A DNA stretch of 64,000 nucleotides from an uncultured Chloroflexia bacterium (lineage in GTDB: Bacteria > Chloroflexota > Dehalococcoidia > UBA2979), in NCBI GenBank assembly GCA_963728205.1, contig CAVSIV010000006.1, positions 1,280,001 to 1,344,000 on the forward strand, read 5' to 3'. Both the position numbers and the translations under genes were made by a program. The notes below the pieces were generated by a model that was not told the origin of the DNA, made no database searches, and saw only the letters and a list, made by a program, of their open reading frames with translations. Shown one piece after another: positions 21,448 to 31,514 of this stretch; the first letter of the stretch is position 1, and each line of letters opens with the position of its first letter.

Positions 21448-21885
21448 ATGGCATTCACGACACGACACATCGCGAAGCGATCGTTCGCCGCTGCGCTGCT
21501 CGCGGGCGCGATCCTCCTGTGCCTCGGCGCTCCGGCGCGCGGCGGGACCTATCTGAACACGATGCAGCCGACCGCGACGCTGCGCGGGCGCCAGCTCGAC
21601 GTGACGGTGATCTACGGCTGCGATGCCGGGCAGCACGTCGCGGTGCGCGTCACGGGCACCCAGCGGCACGTTGGGGCGGTCGCCGAGGGAACGTGGCAGG
21701 GCACGTGCGCCCCCCAGCCACAGCAGATCGCGGTGTCGCTCAACACCAGTGGCGCGCTCGCGTTCGTGCCATCGGCATCGGCGCACGAGGTCGTCGAGGC
21801 GTGCGCTCTGGCGGTGACGATGACGCGCGGACTGCCCGACGACAGTCACCAGTGGTGCAAGGACCTGACGCTGATCTCCCCCTGA
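21448..21885 (+). CDS. secreted hypothetical protein, 4-Cys family (paralog of 11841-12284)
   Basis: Signal peptide, AGGAG RBS; GC..TC..ACALA..WCKDLTL. Confidence 0.7.
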   Translation: MAFTTRHIAKRSFAAALLAGAILLCLGAPARGGTYLNTMQPTATLRGRQLDVTVIYGCDAGQHVAVRVTGTQRHVGAVAEGTWQGTCAPQPQQIAVSLNTSGALAFVPSASAHEVVEACALAVTMTRGLPDDSHQWCKDLTLISP

Positions 21886-22028
21886 TCGCCGGTGTCCCGG
21901 CGGCCTGCGACGTCGTCGCAGGGGCGCGACTCGGGGCCGCGGTCGATTGCGGCGAGCGCGCGAGTTGGTGGGCCGGGGCCCCCGCGCGCGCAGCATGGCG
22001 TCCGGACGGGCCGCGGTGGTCGGCCGAA

Positions 22029-22057
22029 TGGATTGCACTTCCGCTACCCACTACAGT
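22029..22057 (+). promoter_or_regulatory. putative promoter of the small basic protein, copy 1
   Basis: TGGATT-17-TACAGT; the same geometry (TGGATC-17-TATGTT) precedes copy 2. Confidence 0.45.
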
Positions 22058-22095
22058 CGCGGACAGGGCTCCGACTGAAGAGAAGAGGAACCGCG

Positions 22096-22390
22096 TTGCC
22101 GAAGTTCGCGCAGCTCAAGCCCGAGGAAGTTCGCATTGGCCGTGAGCGTTCTGCGGAAGAGGCTCGGAAGCCGTACCTCGACGCCCTGCAGGTGAGCGAC
22201 GCCGGCCAGATCGATCTCGACCGCGGCGAGATCCCCTCGACCGTGAAGCGCCGCCTCGCGGACGCCGCGGCTGAGCTCGGTGTCAAGGTTCGATTCGAGC
22301 TGGACCGACGCGAACCAGCGCAGCCTGGTCTGGAAGAAGTCGGGCAAGGGCGCCGCGTCGCCGCGTCGCGGTCGGCCCCCGAAGAAGTAG
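22096..22390 (+). CDS. small basic hypothetical protein with a C-terminal AT-hook-like PRRGRPPKK, copy 1 (1-nt frameshift near 22293)
   Basis: TTG start; near-identical to 53703-53990; removing one T restores SSWTDANQRSLVWKKSGK...PRRGRPPKK-TAG. Confidence 0.7.
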
Positions 22391-22393
22391 GCC

Positions 22394-23251
22394 TCAGCGG
22401 TGGTCGCGGTCGTAGAGCGCGACGGAGAGCACGGCGTCGACGCGGCGCGCGAGCCATGATTCGCCGCCCAGCCGGTCGAGCGCGAGCAGCGGACGCTCCA
22501 CGAGCCAGGTGAGGCCGGACTCGGGCGCCGAGGTGCGCCCGACCTCCTCCCCGAAGCCGCGCACGACGGCGGCCATGCGCGCCCGTGCGACCTGGCTGCC
22601 GAGCTTCCGCGGGCTGCCCACGACGTCGTCCATGCCGGCCGGGTAGGCGCAGACCTCCGAGAGCCACGGCGGCAGATTCCAGCGGAGCGCGGCCGCCCCC
22701 GCGAGCTCGGGCAGTGAGAAGCCCGCCACCTCGCGGACGGCGTCGTCGATGCCGATGTCCTCGCGCTCGCTCCGCTCGATGCTCCGCTCGAGCGTCGAGG
22801 GCGCGTGCTGGTCGAGGAGCAGCAGCCCGAGGCGGTGCAGCAGGCCCGCGGCGAACGTCTGGTCGTGGTTCATGCCATCGGTCGTGGCGGTGAGCACTCC
22901 GAGCACGCCGACCGCTGCCGCGTTTCGCCAGAAGGGCGTCGACCGGAGCACGCCGCCGCCATCGTGTCCCAGTTCCGAGGCAACCGCGGTGGCGATGGCT
23001 GCCGAGTGCACGGGGCGCCATCCAATCTCCTGGACGGCACGGCCGAGCGACACCGGCGGTGGTGGGAGGGGCATCCCGAAGGCTCGGTAGACCCGCACGA
23101 TGAGACCGCGGTCCGCCGCGAGGAGATAGCGCTCGAGCTGCGCGTCCGCCTCCGGGTCGTCGCCGCGGATCGAGAGGATGTCGTTGAGGCGTCCGAGTGA
23201 CGGATGCGTTGCCGCTACGTCGCGGATGATGCGGTCGAGGTCCGTGGGCAT
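22394..23251 (-). CDS. HDOD domain protein, copy 1
   Basis: VSLGRAVQEIG, FWRNAAAVG, TFAAGLLHRLGLLLLD, EVAGFS, WNLPPWL. Confidence 0.8.
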   Translation of the reverse strand: MPTDLDRIIRDVAATHPSLGRLNDILSIRGDDPEADAQLERYLLAADRGLIVRVYRAFGMPLPPPPVSLGRAVQEIGWRPVHSAAIATAVASELGHDGGGVLRSTPFWRNAAAVGVLGVLTATTDGMNHDQTFAAGLLHRLGLLLLDQHAPSTLERSIERSEREDIGIDDAVREVAGFSLPELAGAAALRWNLPPWLSEVCAYPAGMDDVVGSPRKLGSQVARARMAAVVRGFGEEVGRTSAPESGLTWLVERPLLALDRLGGESWLARRVDAVLSVALYDRDHR

Positions 23252-23810
23252 CTGCTCTCGCTCTCGTTCCAACTGCTCGTGCCGTGCCACCGTGGCCGTC
23301 GGGGGCATCCCGGCGGGTATGCCGCGCCGCACCGGCGCGATGCGCAGCGATCCGGCGCCACCAGGCCGCTCCGGGCATGGCGCGGAGCGAAGCGCTGTGC
23401 GGTGTCTACGTGAGCGGAGATCGAACCGGCCGGTCCCGTACGACTCCGGAAGTTCAGGAAGCGGCCGGGCACCGCCTCATGCTCCCTCCCCCGGACCCTC
23501 CACGGATGCTAGGAACGTGAGCCCGCACGCGACAGCGCGCTGTGCGCGGTGAAACCCGCGAATCGACCGCCGCGCGACGGCACGACGAACCAGCGGCCAC
23601 CGGCGATCCGACGCCGGAGCTGGCGGATCCGGGTCGTTCCCACCACCGAATCCGGGTCGCCATGCGCTGGGCCGGCATCCGGGGTGGCGGAGTCCGGCTC
23701 GCCGGCTCGCAGGTGGCTTGCGCTGCGGCGAAAGCGTAGAGCGAGCCACCGATAATGTGGTGGCCGTGGGCTCGGCCACGGCCACCACGTCGGTTCGGAC
23801 GGAGGGAGCC

Positions 23811-25068
23811 CTACCGGCCGAGGAAGCCGCTGGTCTCCCAGATGCGCTGATCCAGGTAGCTGCGAACGCGACTGATGTAGCCGTCGGCGGCAGACGTGTG
23901 CCAGCGGCCGGAGAACCAGACACCGAGGCAGCCCCACGCGTCACCCGCAGCGTACGTCCCCACGTGCTCGCTTGAGTTGAGCCACGTGTCCTTGCCCTCG
24001 AAGCAGCTGCGCCAGACCGCGTAGGCGTAGTCCAGGTTGTAGGCCGACGAGTGCACGGCGTTTCCGTTCACAAACGCCGACGAGTGGTACGGGTACCTGA
24101 CCTGCACCAGCCCGACGGATTCGGGGCACTGGCCGGTCGACGTCCGCACCTCCGGGTAGCACTGCGTCTGGTCACTGGTCATGTCGCCGCCAGCGGTCTG
24201 CTGCCACCACGACTCGATCGCGACCTGCGCGCGGACGATGTCTTCGTCGAATCCCCCATTTGCACGCGGCCCACTGGATGAGCTCATCCGTCGTTCCGGT
24301 GAAGTTGCCGGTGACGCGAGGGAACTCGCTGTTTGCCGACGTTCCGCGCGTCGCGTTGTAGGAGGCGTTCCCCGGACGCACCTCGGGGGCCGGCCGAACG
24401 AGCGCAGCGCAGGTGCTCTCGGACGGGAGCGTCGCCCCGACCGGGAGGGTCGCGAAGTGCGCGGCCGACGGTGTCGACGGTGCGGGGGTGGGCGATGACG
24501 TTGGCGACGCCGTGGGCGATGCCGTCGGAGAGGCGGTCGGCGACACCGTCGGAGAGGCGGTCGGCGACACCGTCGGCGAGGTGGTCGGCGAAGCGGTCGG
24601 CGAAGCGGTCGGCGAAGCGGTCGCCTGCGTGGTCGGCGACGAGGTCGGTGACGACGTCGGCGACGTGGTTGGGGGTGCCGCCGTCGGCTGCGGGGAGGGC
24701 GGCGGTCCGGCGGACAGTGCGGCGAGGCAGCGCAGGACGACGATGGTGTTCGTCGTGAGCTCTGAGCCCGGGAAGAACGCGTTGAACCCGGCGTTCACGA
24801 ACGCGGGGGCGCCGACGATGTAGCCGGCCGGCGTGCCCGCGGGAAACGCCCAGATCGATTGCGCGTTACAGCCCTGTGCCGCCGCGGCACTGGCGAGCGC
24901 GTCAACACTCCCGCCGCCCCACACGATGGCGCCGAAGCCGTCTCCAGCGGGTAGCGATCCCGAGATCGCGCCGCGCGCTGCTCGTGCGGGACCGGGGGCC
25001 AGCGCGAGGGCCGCAGCTACCAGCGCGAGCACGAGCCCGCCTCTCAACATCACTCTCACGGAACGCAT
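23811..25068 (-). CDS. secreted protein with a Pro/Thr/Ser linker and a lytic transglycosylase-like (SLT) domain, frameshift in a G-run near 24255
   Basis: Signal peptide; GTTDELIQWAACKWG / FDEDIVRAQVAIESWWQQ...SVGLVQV (catalytic E-S and GLxQ motifs) split across two ORFs. Confidence 0.7.
24490..24670 (-). repeat. coding tandem repeat (S/A/V-S-P-T)n, 12-bp unit
   Basis: TASPTASPTASPTTSPTVSPTASPT linker. Confidence 0.8.
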
Positions 25069-25740
25069 GAAACCGCCGACCTCTCGCAACTGAGAGCGGC
25101 GATGCGCCGCTCACGGGGGCGGGGAAACCGGGCGGTCTCCCATCTCCCTCCCGTAACGGGCGCGCCTTGCGGGGTGTTTCATCAAGATTCCATGAGAGTG
25201 TCTGCCGGCAGACTCGCTCCGCCGTCGCTTCCGCGGCGCGGGCGGCGTCGCGCCCGGTGGAACGCGACGCGGTGCGCATGCCGATCGGCCGGGTCGAAGG
25301 TCGGCAGGCTCGTCGAGGACGTGGGGGCGTCGGCGCGTGCGCGGCGGGTGCAAGCGCCGGCCGGACGCACGCTGAGCGCATTCCGCAGCCGGCGCACCGT
25401 CATGGCCGGGTGTGTCGGCGGGTTGGTGCGGGTGGGGGCTGGCCGGCGCCTCGGCGGTCCCCTCGTCGCGGTTGGGCCGGGGAGGGGGAGACGCCGACCA
25501 GACCACACGGCGCCCGGGCGGCCCCGGGTCGCGCGTGAGAAAGGGTCGCGGTCGGCCGTCGACGCGGCGTTGAGCGCGCGTAGCGACGTCGAATCGGCAG
25601 CCGCACTACGTGTTCCGGCGGATCGCACACCTGCGGTCGCCTCGGTCTCCGGGCGATCCGTGACCTTCGCCTCTGGTCGCCCATGACCGCGGATCGAATG
25701 GTGCGTCGGCCGAGCGGACCGCGGCGGGGAGGTTCGGAAG

Positions 25741-28083
25741 ATGGGCCGGGGACGGGTTGATCTCGGTGTACGCGCGCCTTTGGCTCCCGACGGCGTGGGC
25801 GCGCGAATGCTCGAACCGGCCGGCGACGGCTTTCGCGCGCTGTTCGCCGCGAATCCGCTGGCGATGTGGGTGTACGACCGGGAGACGCTCGCCTTCCTCG
25901 AGGTGAACGACGCCGCCCTGCGCCTGTACGGCTATTCCCGCGACGAGTTCCTGCAGCTCGCGGTCACGGACCTGCGTCCGCTCGACGACGCGGAGCGGGA
26001 GCACGAGCGCATCGCTCGCATCGAGTCGCCGTTCCTCGAGCCGGGCGACGTGCGCCACCGGATGAAGGACCGCGGAGCGGTCTGGGTGCACGTGGACGCG
26101 CAGGACCTCGACTTCGGGGGGCGCCCGGCGCGCCTGTGCACGGTGACCGACATCACCGCGCGCAGGGCGGAAGCGGACCGCGCAACGCACCTCGCGGCGA
26201 TCATCGAGTCTTCGGAAGACGCGATCACGGCCCGCGACCGGGAGGGCCGGATCATCGTCTGGAACCCGGCGGCCGAGCGGCTGTACGGGTACGCGGCCTC
26301 GGAGCTGCTGGGCACGCGGGCCACGTTCCTGGAGCCGTCGGACCGGCCGGGCGAGATCGCGGAGCTCGTTCAGCGAGCGCTCGGAGGCGAGCACGTGCGC
26401 GCGGAGACGGTTCGGCTCACGAAGTCCGGGCAGCGGGTCGATGTGATCATCTGGATCGTGCCCGTGGCCGATCCGGACGGCCGGCCCCTCGGCATCGCCG
26501 CGTTGCACCGCGACATCAGCCAGCGCAAGCAGCGGGTCGAGGAGATCCGACGGCTGATCTCGATCCTGGACGCCACGCCCGACTTCGTGGGCACGGCCGA
26601 TCCGGAAGGGAACGTGCTGTATCTCAACCGCGCCGCCCGCAAGATGCTGGGGCTGCACGAGAACGAGAGCATCGCCGGGCGCCGCCTCGTGCAGGACCAC
26701 CCCGCATGGGTGCTGCCGACCGTGCTCGAAGGCCTGGGCGTCGCGCTGGAGCGCGGCGCGTGGGAGGGGGAGTCGGCGGTCCTGCGCCGGGACGGCCGGG
26801 TGACCCCGACGTCGCAGGTGATCCTCGTGCATCGCGGTCCGGAAGGCCGCGTGCGCTACTTCTCCACGATCGCGCGCGACATCACCGTGCGACGACAGGC
26901 GCAGACCGCACTGCTCGATCGCACGCACCAGCTCGCCACGCTGCTCGACGTCTCGTACAACGTGTCGTCCGAGCTCGACCTCGAGCCGCTGCTCGGCCTC
27001 ATCCTCGATCAGCTCAAGACGGTGGTCGACTACGGCGCGGCCGCGATCCTCGTCCTGGAGGAAGGGGCCCTCGCGGTCCGGGAGTACCGCGGCGCATCGC
27101 CGCGCGAGGAGATGCTGGGGCTTCGCTTCCGTGGCGATGACATGCGCGCCTACGATGCGCTGCTGCAGGGCAGCGTACCGGTCGTCGACGACGACCTCAC
27201 CGACGAAGCGCGCACACACGCGTGCGATCCGCAGTTGCTGCTCGGCGCGTGGCCGGACGCGCGCTCCTTCCTCGGCGTTCCGCTGCAGGTCAAGGGGCGG
27301 ACGATCGGCCTGTTCTGCATCGACCACGCCGAGCCCGCCCGCTTCTCCGCGCACGACGCGGAGCTCACCCTGGCCATCGCGACCCACGCGGCGCTCGCGA
27401 TCGAGCACGCGCGGCTCTACGGACAGGCGCAGGCGTTCGCCGTCGCCGAGGAGCGGCAGCGGCTCGCCCGCGAGCTGCACGACTCGATCAGCCAGGTGCT
27501 CTTCGCCATCGGCTTCGGCGCGCACGCCGCCGGCCCGCTGGTCGACTCCGATCCGGATCGCGCGAAGGAGGCGATCGAGAACATCCGCTCCCTCTCCGCC
27601 GCCGGGCTGACCGAGATGCGCGCGCTGATCTTCGAGTTGCGACCGGAGTCGCTCGAGCGTGAGGGCCTCGTCGCCGCGCTCGGCCGCCAGCAGGTGCTGC
27701 TCGAGGTGAGGCACGGGATCAAGGTGGATCTCAGGCTGGGGCCCGAGCCGTCCGTGTCGCTGCATGCCAAGGAAGTGCTCTACCGCGTCGCGCGGGAAGC
27801 GCTGCAGAACGTCGTGAAGCACGCGCACGCCGGGCAGGTGTGCGTGTCGCTCGAGCAGACGTCGGCGGGGTCGGTCATGGAAGTGACCGACGACGGCATC
27901 GGATTCGACCCGACCGCCGCGTTCCCCGGTCATCTCGGGCTCCAGTCGATGCGAGAGCGAGCGGCGCGGCTCGGGGCGACCGTGGAGATCGCGAGCGAGC
28001 CGGGACGCGGGACGACCGTGCGGATCCGCGTGCCGAAGCCGGCCGAGGAGGCCGGGATGCGGGCCGACGCACCGGACGCGTAG
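25741..28083 (+). CDS. multi-PAS/GAF sensor histidine kinase (HisKA_3, NarX-like); start may be 25807
   Basis: Three PAS domains, a GAF domain, EERQRLARELHDS H-box, EALQNVVKHAHA, DDGIGFD, GHLGLQSMRERA. Confidence 0.9.
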   Translation: MGRGRVDLGVRAPLAPDGVGARMLEPAGDGFRALFAANPLAMWVYDRETLAFLEVNDAALRLYGYSRDEFLQLAVTDLRPLDDAEREHERIARIESPFLEPGDVRHRMKDRGAVWVHVDAQDLDFGGRPARLCTVTDITARRAEADRATHLAAIIESSEDAITARDREGRIIVWNPAAERLYGYAASELLGTRATFLEPSDRPGEIAELVQRALGGEHVRAETVRLTKSGQRVDVIIWIVPVADPDGRPLGIAALHRDISQRKQRVEEIRRLISILDATPDFVGTADPEGNVLYLNRAARKMLGLHENESIAGRRLVQDHPAWVLPTVLEGLGVALERGAWEGESAVLRRDGRVTPTSQVILVHRGPEGRVRYFSTIARDITVRRQAQTALLDRTHQLATLLDVSYNVSSELDLEPLLGLILDQLKTVVDYGAAAILVLEEGALAVREYRGASPREEMLGLRFRGDDMRAYDALLQGSVPVVDDDLTDEARTHACDPQLLLGAWPDARSFLGVPLQVKGRTIGLFCIDHAEPARFSAHDAELTLAIATHAALAIEHARLYGQAQAFAVAEERQRLARELHDSISQVLFAIGFGAHAAGPLVDSDPDRAKEAIENIRSLSAAGLTEMRALIFELRPESLEREGLVAALGRQQVLLEVRHGIKVDLRLGPEPSVSLHAKEVLYRVAREALQNVVKHAHAGQVCVSLEQTSAGSVMEVTDDGIGFDPTAAFPGHLGLQSMRERAARLGATVEIASEPGRGTTVRIRVPKPAEEAGMRADAPDA

Positions 28084-28222
28084 CGGGCGGTCTCGAGCGC
28101 GGTGGCTCGGACCGCGATGCGAGCCGCCCGGCCGCAACCGCGCCTTTCCGGCTCGTCGCGGAGTCGATTCTCATGGGGCCATGTGGTCGATCGCTGCTCC
28201 ACGGCTGCGCGCCGCGGCTTGG

Positions 28223-28896
28223 TCAGACCTTCGCGCCGCGCTCGAGCGCCCACAGCGCGAGCGAGACGACGCGCGGGAGCGGCTGCGTGCCGCGCAGGTA
28301 GCGGGCGAGCTCGCGTGGCTCGACGCCGAGCGCGGTGGCGAGCGCCTCGTCGCTGTAGCCGTGGCAATCCGCCCACGCGCGGAGCGGCGGCGGTGGGGGC
28401 TCGGGCCGCGGCGGTGACGGCGTAGCCGGCCGTGAGGGGGCGGCGCGGCCGGCGCGGCCGGTCGCCTCCGGGCGGCGCGCGCTTCGCGCTGCGCGGGCGG
28501 CGCCGCGCCGGCGGCGGGCTCGCGGCTCGCCGGGCGGTCGGGGATGACGACGGGCAGACCGCCGACCCGGACGTCCGCGAGCGGAACGGCCAGCGTGAAG
28601 CGACCCTGTCGCTCGCGCACCTGGTCCCCGAGCGCGCGCAGCGCGGCGTCGAGGAGCCATCGCTTCGCGTCGGCCTCGCGCTCCGCCCGCACCTCGGCCT
28701 TCGCGCTTCGCCGCTGGCCCCGCCCGCGCAGCTCGTGATCCCACACGCGCGCGAGGTCGCCCGGGTCGTGCTCGTACTCGTCGCACAGCGCGTCGAGCGT
28801 GCTCGGTCCCGCGCTCAGCCGCTCCGCGACGAAGCGCAGCGGCGACGCGAAGTCGAGCGCGTAGCCCTTGGCGAGGCCCGGATTCAGCAGCGGCAT
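28223..28896 (-). CDS. hypothetical protein with a C-terminal XRE-like HTH (frameshift near 28440)
   Basis: N-terminus in ORF 28171-28896; C-terminus GYSDEALATALGVEPRELARYLRG in the frame ending at 28223; homopolymer at the junction. Confidence 0.5.
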
Positions 28897-28984
28897 GCGC
28901 GCATGATCGCAGAACCCGGCGGGCGCCGTCGGGAGCCCCTGAGTCGAACGCGCCGGAGGCTGGCTCGCGCTCCCGTGCGCCCGG

Positions 28985-29443
28985 TCAGCCGACGGTCGGT
29001 CCGCGCTCGGCGCCGGCGCTCGCCGTCGTCTCGCAGCGGCGCTTGAGGCCCGCGGCCTCGGTCTCTACATAGCGACGCGCGGTGCCGCCGATGAGCGGCC
29101 AGAGCAGCCGCGCCACCGGCCCCGACGCCTCGAACGCCAGGCGGACCGACGTCCCGCCGTCGGGGCGTGGCGTCAGCTCATGCGTCCCCACCGAGCGCGC
29201 GCCGGGCACGTGGCTCTCCCAGGTGAACGCGGTGCCGGGCGTCATCGCGGTCACGACCCAGTCGGCGCGTGGAGCGAGCGGCTGGCGGACGCGGACGCGG
29301 CTGCCGACCGCGAACGGCCCGTCGTCGAGTCGCTCGACGCGGCGCATCGACGCCGTCCACTCCGGCCAGCGCTCGACGTCGACCGTGACGTCCCACACCC
29401 GTGCCACCGGCGCGTCGATGTCGACTGTCGTCTCGATGCGCAT
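28985..29443 (-). CDS. SRPBCC (polyketide cyclase/dehydrase) family protein
   Basis: IDAPVARVWDVTVDVERWPEW, EAAGLKRRCE. Confidence 0.85.
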   Translation of the reverse strand: MRIETTVDIDAPVARVWDVTVDVERWPEWTASMRRVERLDDGPFAVGSRVRVRQPLAPRADWVVTAMTPGTAFTWESHVPGARSVGTHELTPRPDGGTSVRLAFEASGPVARLLWPLIGGTARRYVETEAAGLKRRCETTASAGAERGPTVG

Positions 29444-29575
29444 CGCAGCCTCCTCCAGCTCCGCGTTGTGCATTTCGTCACAATCAGTGAACCACGCCGC
29501 GGGCCGATCCGTGCGGCGCGAAGTGCGTACGATCGCGCGCGCCCGCCGGCCGCGCGTCGAGCAGAGGAGCGAGCG

Positions 29576-29962
29576 ATGCCGCGATCACCCCGGTCGAAGC
29601 CTGCCGCCGGCGCGAAGATGCCGAGCCGCGACGACGCGCTGATCGCGCGGCTCGACGCGATCGCCGCCGGGCTGGTGGCGCATCGCAAGGCGATGTTCGG
29701 GACGGTCGCGTGGTTCCTCGACGCCAATGACCAGATGTTCGCGGGAGCGTGGGGCGACGAGATGAACGTGCGCCTCGGCGGGGACGAGGCCGCGCGGCTG
29801 ATCGCCTCGGGAGCCGCCGGCGCGTTCGCGCCGATGGCCGGCCGTCCGATGCGCGAGTACGTGCTGCTCCCGGCGGCGGCGCTCCCCGACGACGAGCTCG
29901 CGGCATGGCTCGACCGTGCTGCGGCCTTCGCCGCGACGCTCGCGCCGAAGCAGCGGCGCTAG
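29576..29962 (+). CDS. TfoX/Sxy N-terminal domain protein
   Basis: KAMFG, MFAG, GRPMREYV, LAAWLDRA. Confidence 0.8.
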   Translation: MPRSPRSKPAAGAKMPSRDDALIARLDAIAAGLVAHRKAMFGTVAWFLDANDQMFAGAWGDEMNVRLGGDEAARLIASGAAGAFAPMAGRPMREYVLLPAAALPDDELAAWLDRAAAFAATLAPKQRR

Positions 29963-29976
29963 CACGGCCCTCGCGC

Positions 29977-30606
29977 TCAGGGGCGGAGCGAGCGCACGAG
30001 CTCGGCGAGCTCGCGCATGTCCGCCGGCAGCGCCGGCACGGCGATGCGCTCCGCGCCGACGTGCTCGAGGTCGTGCGCGTCGCTGCCGCGGGTGAGCGGC
30101 TTGCCGAGCAGCGCGCCGACCGCGCCGGCGAGCGCGTTCTCGCGCGCGGTGCAGGCGGCGTTCACCGCCTCGATGGCGTCGACGCGCGCCAGTGCCGGGT
30201 CCTCCGCCAGCTGCTCCGCGTCGAGGCCGGGCGCGAAGGGCGGACGCTGGCTCGGGTGGATCGCGTCGAAGTAGTGACGGAACGGGTGCGCCCAGATCGT
30301 GGTGCGGTCGCGCGCGGCGGCGTAGTCGACCAGCGCGTCCACGGTGCCGGGGAGGCGCTCGCCGTGCTCGGCGCCGATCACGATCACGTGGCCGCGGTTC
30401 GTGGTGACCTCGACCGCGGGATAGAGGCGCACGCCCCAGCGGGCCTCGAAGGCGTCGCGCTCCCAGTCCGCCCACACGCGAAAGTGCTCGGTGACGACGA
30501 GCCCGCCGGTGCCGAGCGCCGCAGCGCGCTCGCCGAGCGCGTCGACGGTGACGCTGGAATCGGCGGAGCCGGCCTTGGTGTGGAGATGCAGCTCGAGGAA
30601 CGGCAC
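29977..30606 (-). CDS. PHP-domain phosphoesterase
   Basis: ELHLHT, VTEH, GHVIV, AHPFR, IEAVN, GSDAH. Confidence 0.85.
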   Translation of the reverse strand: MPFLELHLHTKAGSADSSVTVDALGERAAALGTGGLVVTEHFRVWADWERDAFEARWGVRLYPAVEVTTNRGHVIVIGAEHGERLPGTVDALVDYAAARDRTTIWAHPFRHYFDAIHPSQRPPFAPGLDAEQLAEDPALARVDAIEAVNAACTARENALAGAVGALLGKPLTRGSDAHDLEHVGAERIAVPALPADMRELAELVRSLRP

Positions 30607-30632
30607 GTGACGCGGCGCGTCGTACCCGGCGC

Positions 30633-31430
30633 CTAGCGGCCCTGGAAGTTCGGCGTGCGCTTCTCGGCGAAGGCGCGCGGGCCCTCCTTCGCGTCCTCGG
30701 TCTGGCGCAGCCGCGCGCTGATCGCCTCCTCGAGGCGCAGGCCGTCGGGCAGCGGCATGTACTGCGCGCGCACCGACAGCTCCTTAATCGCGCGGACGGC
30801 CAGCGGCGCCATGCCGCGGAGCTCGGAGGCGCGCTCCATCGCCACGTCGAGCACCGTGTCGTGCGGGACGACTTCGTTGATGAGGCCGAAGTGCGCCGCG
30901 CGCTCGGCCGTGAGGCGGCGGCCGAGCAGCAGCACCTCCATCGCGATCGGGTAGGGGAGCTGGCGGATGGTGCGCTGCGTGCCGCCGTTGCCGGGCAGGA
31001 TGCCGCGCTTCACCTCGGAGAGGTCGAACGCCGCGTGCTCGGAGGCGACGCGGATGTCGGTGGCGAGCAACAGCGTCATCCCGCCGGCGAGGCAGAGCCC
31101 GTTCACGGCGGCGACGATCGGCTTCCAGACCTCGAGGCCGCGGTTGAGGATCTGCTCGGCCTGCGTGTTCCAGAAGCGCGCGGCGTCCTGGTTCTGGTTG
31201 GGGATCGTGAGCTTGAGGTCGGCGCCGGCGGAGAAGACCTGGCGCTCGGGCGCGCGCTCGGGCTGGGGCGCGCCGGTCACGACGGCGACCCAGATGTCGG
31301 GGTTGTCGCGCACCTCGATCCAGCACTCGGAGAGGCGCGAGTACATCTCGGGGGTCATCGCGTTGAGCGCCTCTGGGCGGTTGATCGTGATCAGCGCGAC
31401 GCGGTTCTGGACGTCGAAGTCGATGGGCAT
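30633..31430 (-). CDS. enoyl-CoA hydratase/isomerase family protein
   Basis: INRPEALNA, FSAGADL, KPIVAAVNGLCLAGG, EGPRAFAEKR. Confidence 0.92.
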   Translation of the reverse strand: MPIDFDVQNRVALITINRPEALNAMTPEMYSRLSECWIEVRDNPDIWVAVVTGAPQPERAPERQVFSAGADLKLTIPNQNQDAARFWNTQAEQILNRGLEVWKPIVAAVNGLCLAGGMTLLLATDIRVASEHAAFDLSEVKRGILPGNGGTQRTIRQLPYPIAMEVLLLGRRLTAERAAHFGLINEVVPHDTVLDVAMERASELRGMAPLAVRAIKELSVRAQYMPLPDGLRLEEAISARLRQTEDAKEGPRAFAEKRTPNFQGR

Positions 31431-31455
31431 CGGTGTCCTCCATGGCCGGTCCGGG

Positions 31456-31509
31456 AGCGGCGGCAGGATGCCGCCGATCGCATCGGCGGCATCCTGCCGC
31501 CGCTTGACG
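31456..31509. repeat. inverted doublet of REP-like palindromes
   Basis: AGCGGCGGCAGGATGCCGCCGAT-CGC-ATCGGCGGCATCCTGCCGCCGCTTGACG. Confidence 0.75.
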
Positions 31510-31514
31510 GGTGA

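Noticed and set aside
22280-22300. Programmed frameshift in the small basic protein, copy 1
   Set aside because: No slippery heptamer, the paralog is uninterrupted, and similar indels are scattered through the window.
25090-25740. Protein-coding gene in this ~650-bp gap (likewise 23300-23800 and 16980-17370)
   Set aside because: Only Arg/Pro/Ala-rich ORFs without an RBS or motifs.
25606-28137. Long antisense ORFs (843 aa here; also 39023-41524, 45514-47532, 61301-63706 and many others)
   Set aside because: Shadow ORFs opposite well-supported genes, as expected in very high-GC DNA; no recognisable motifs.
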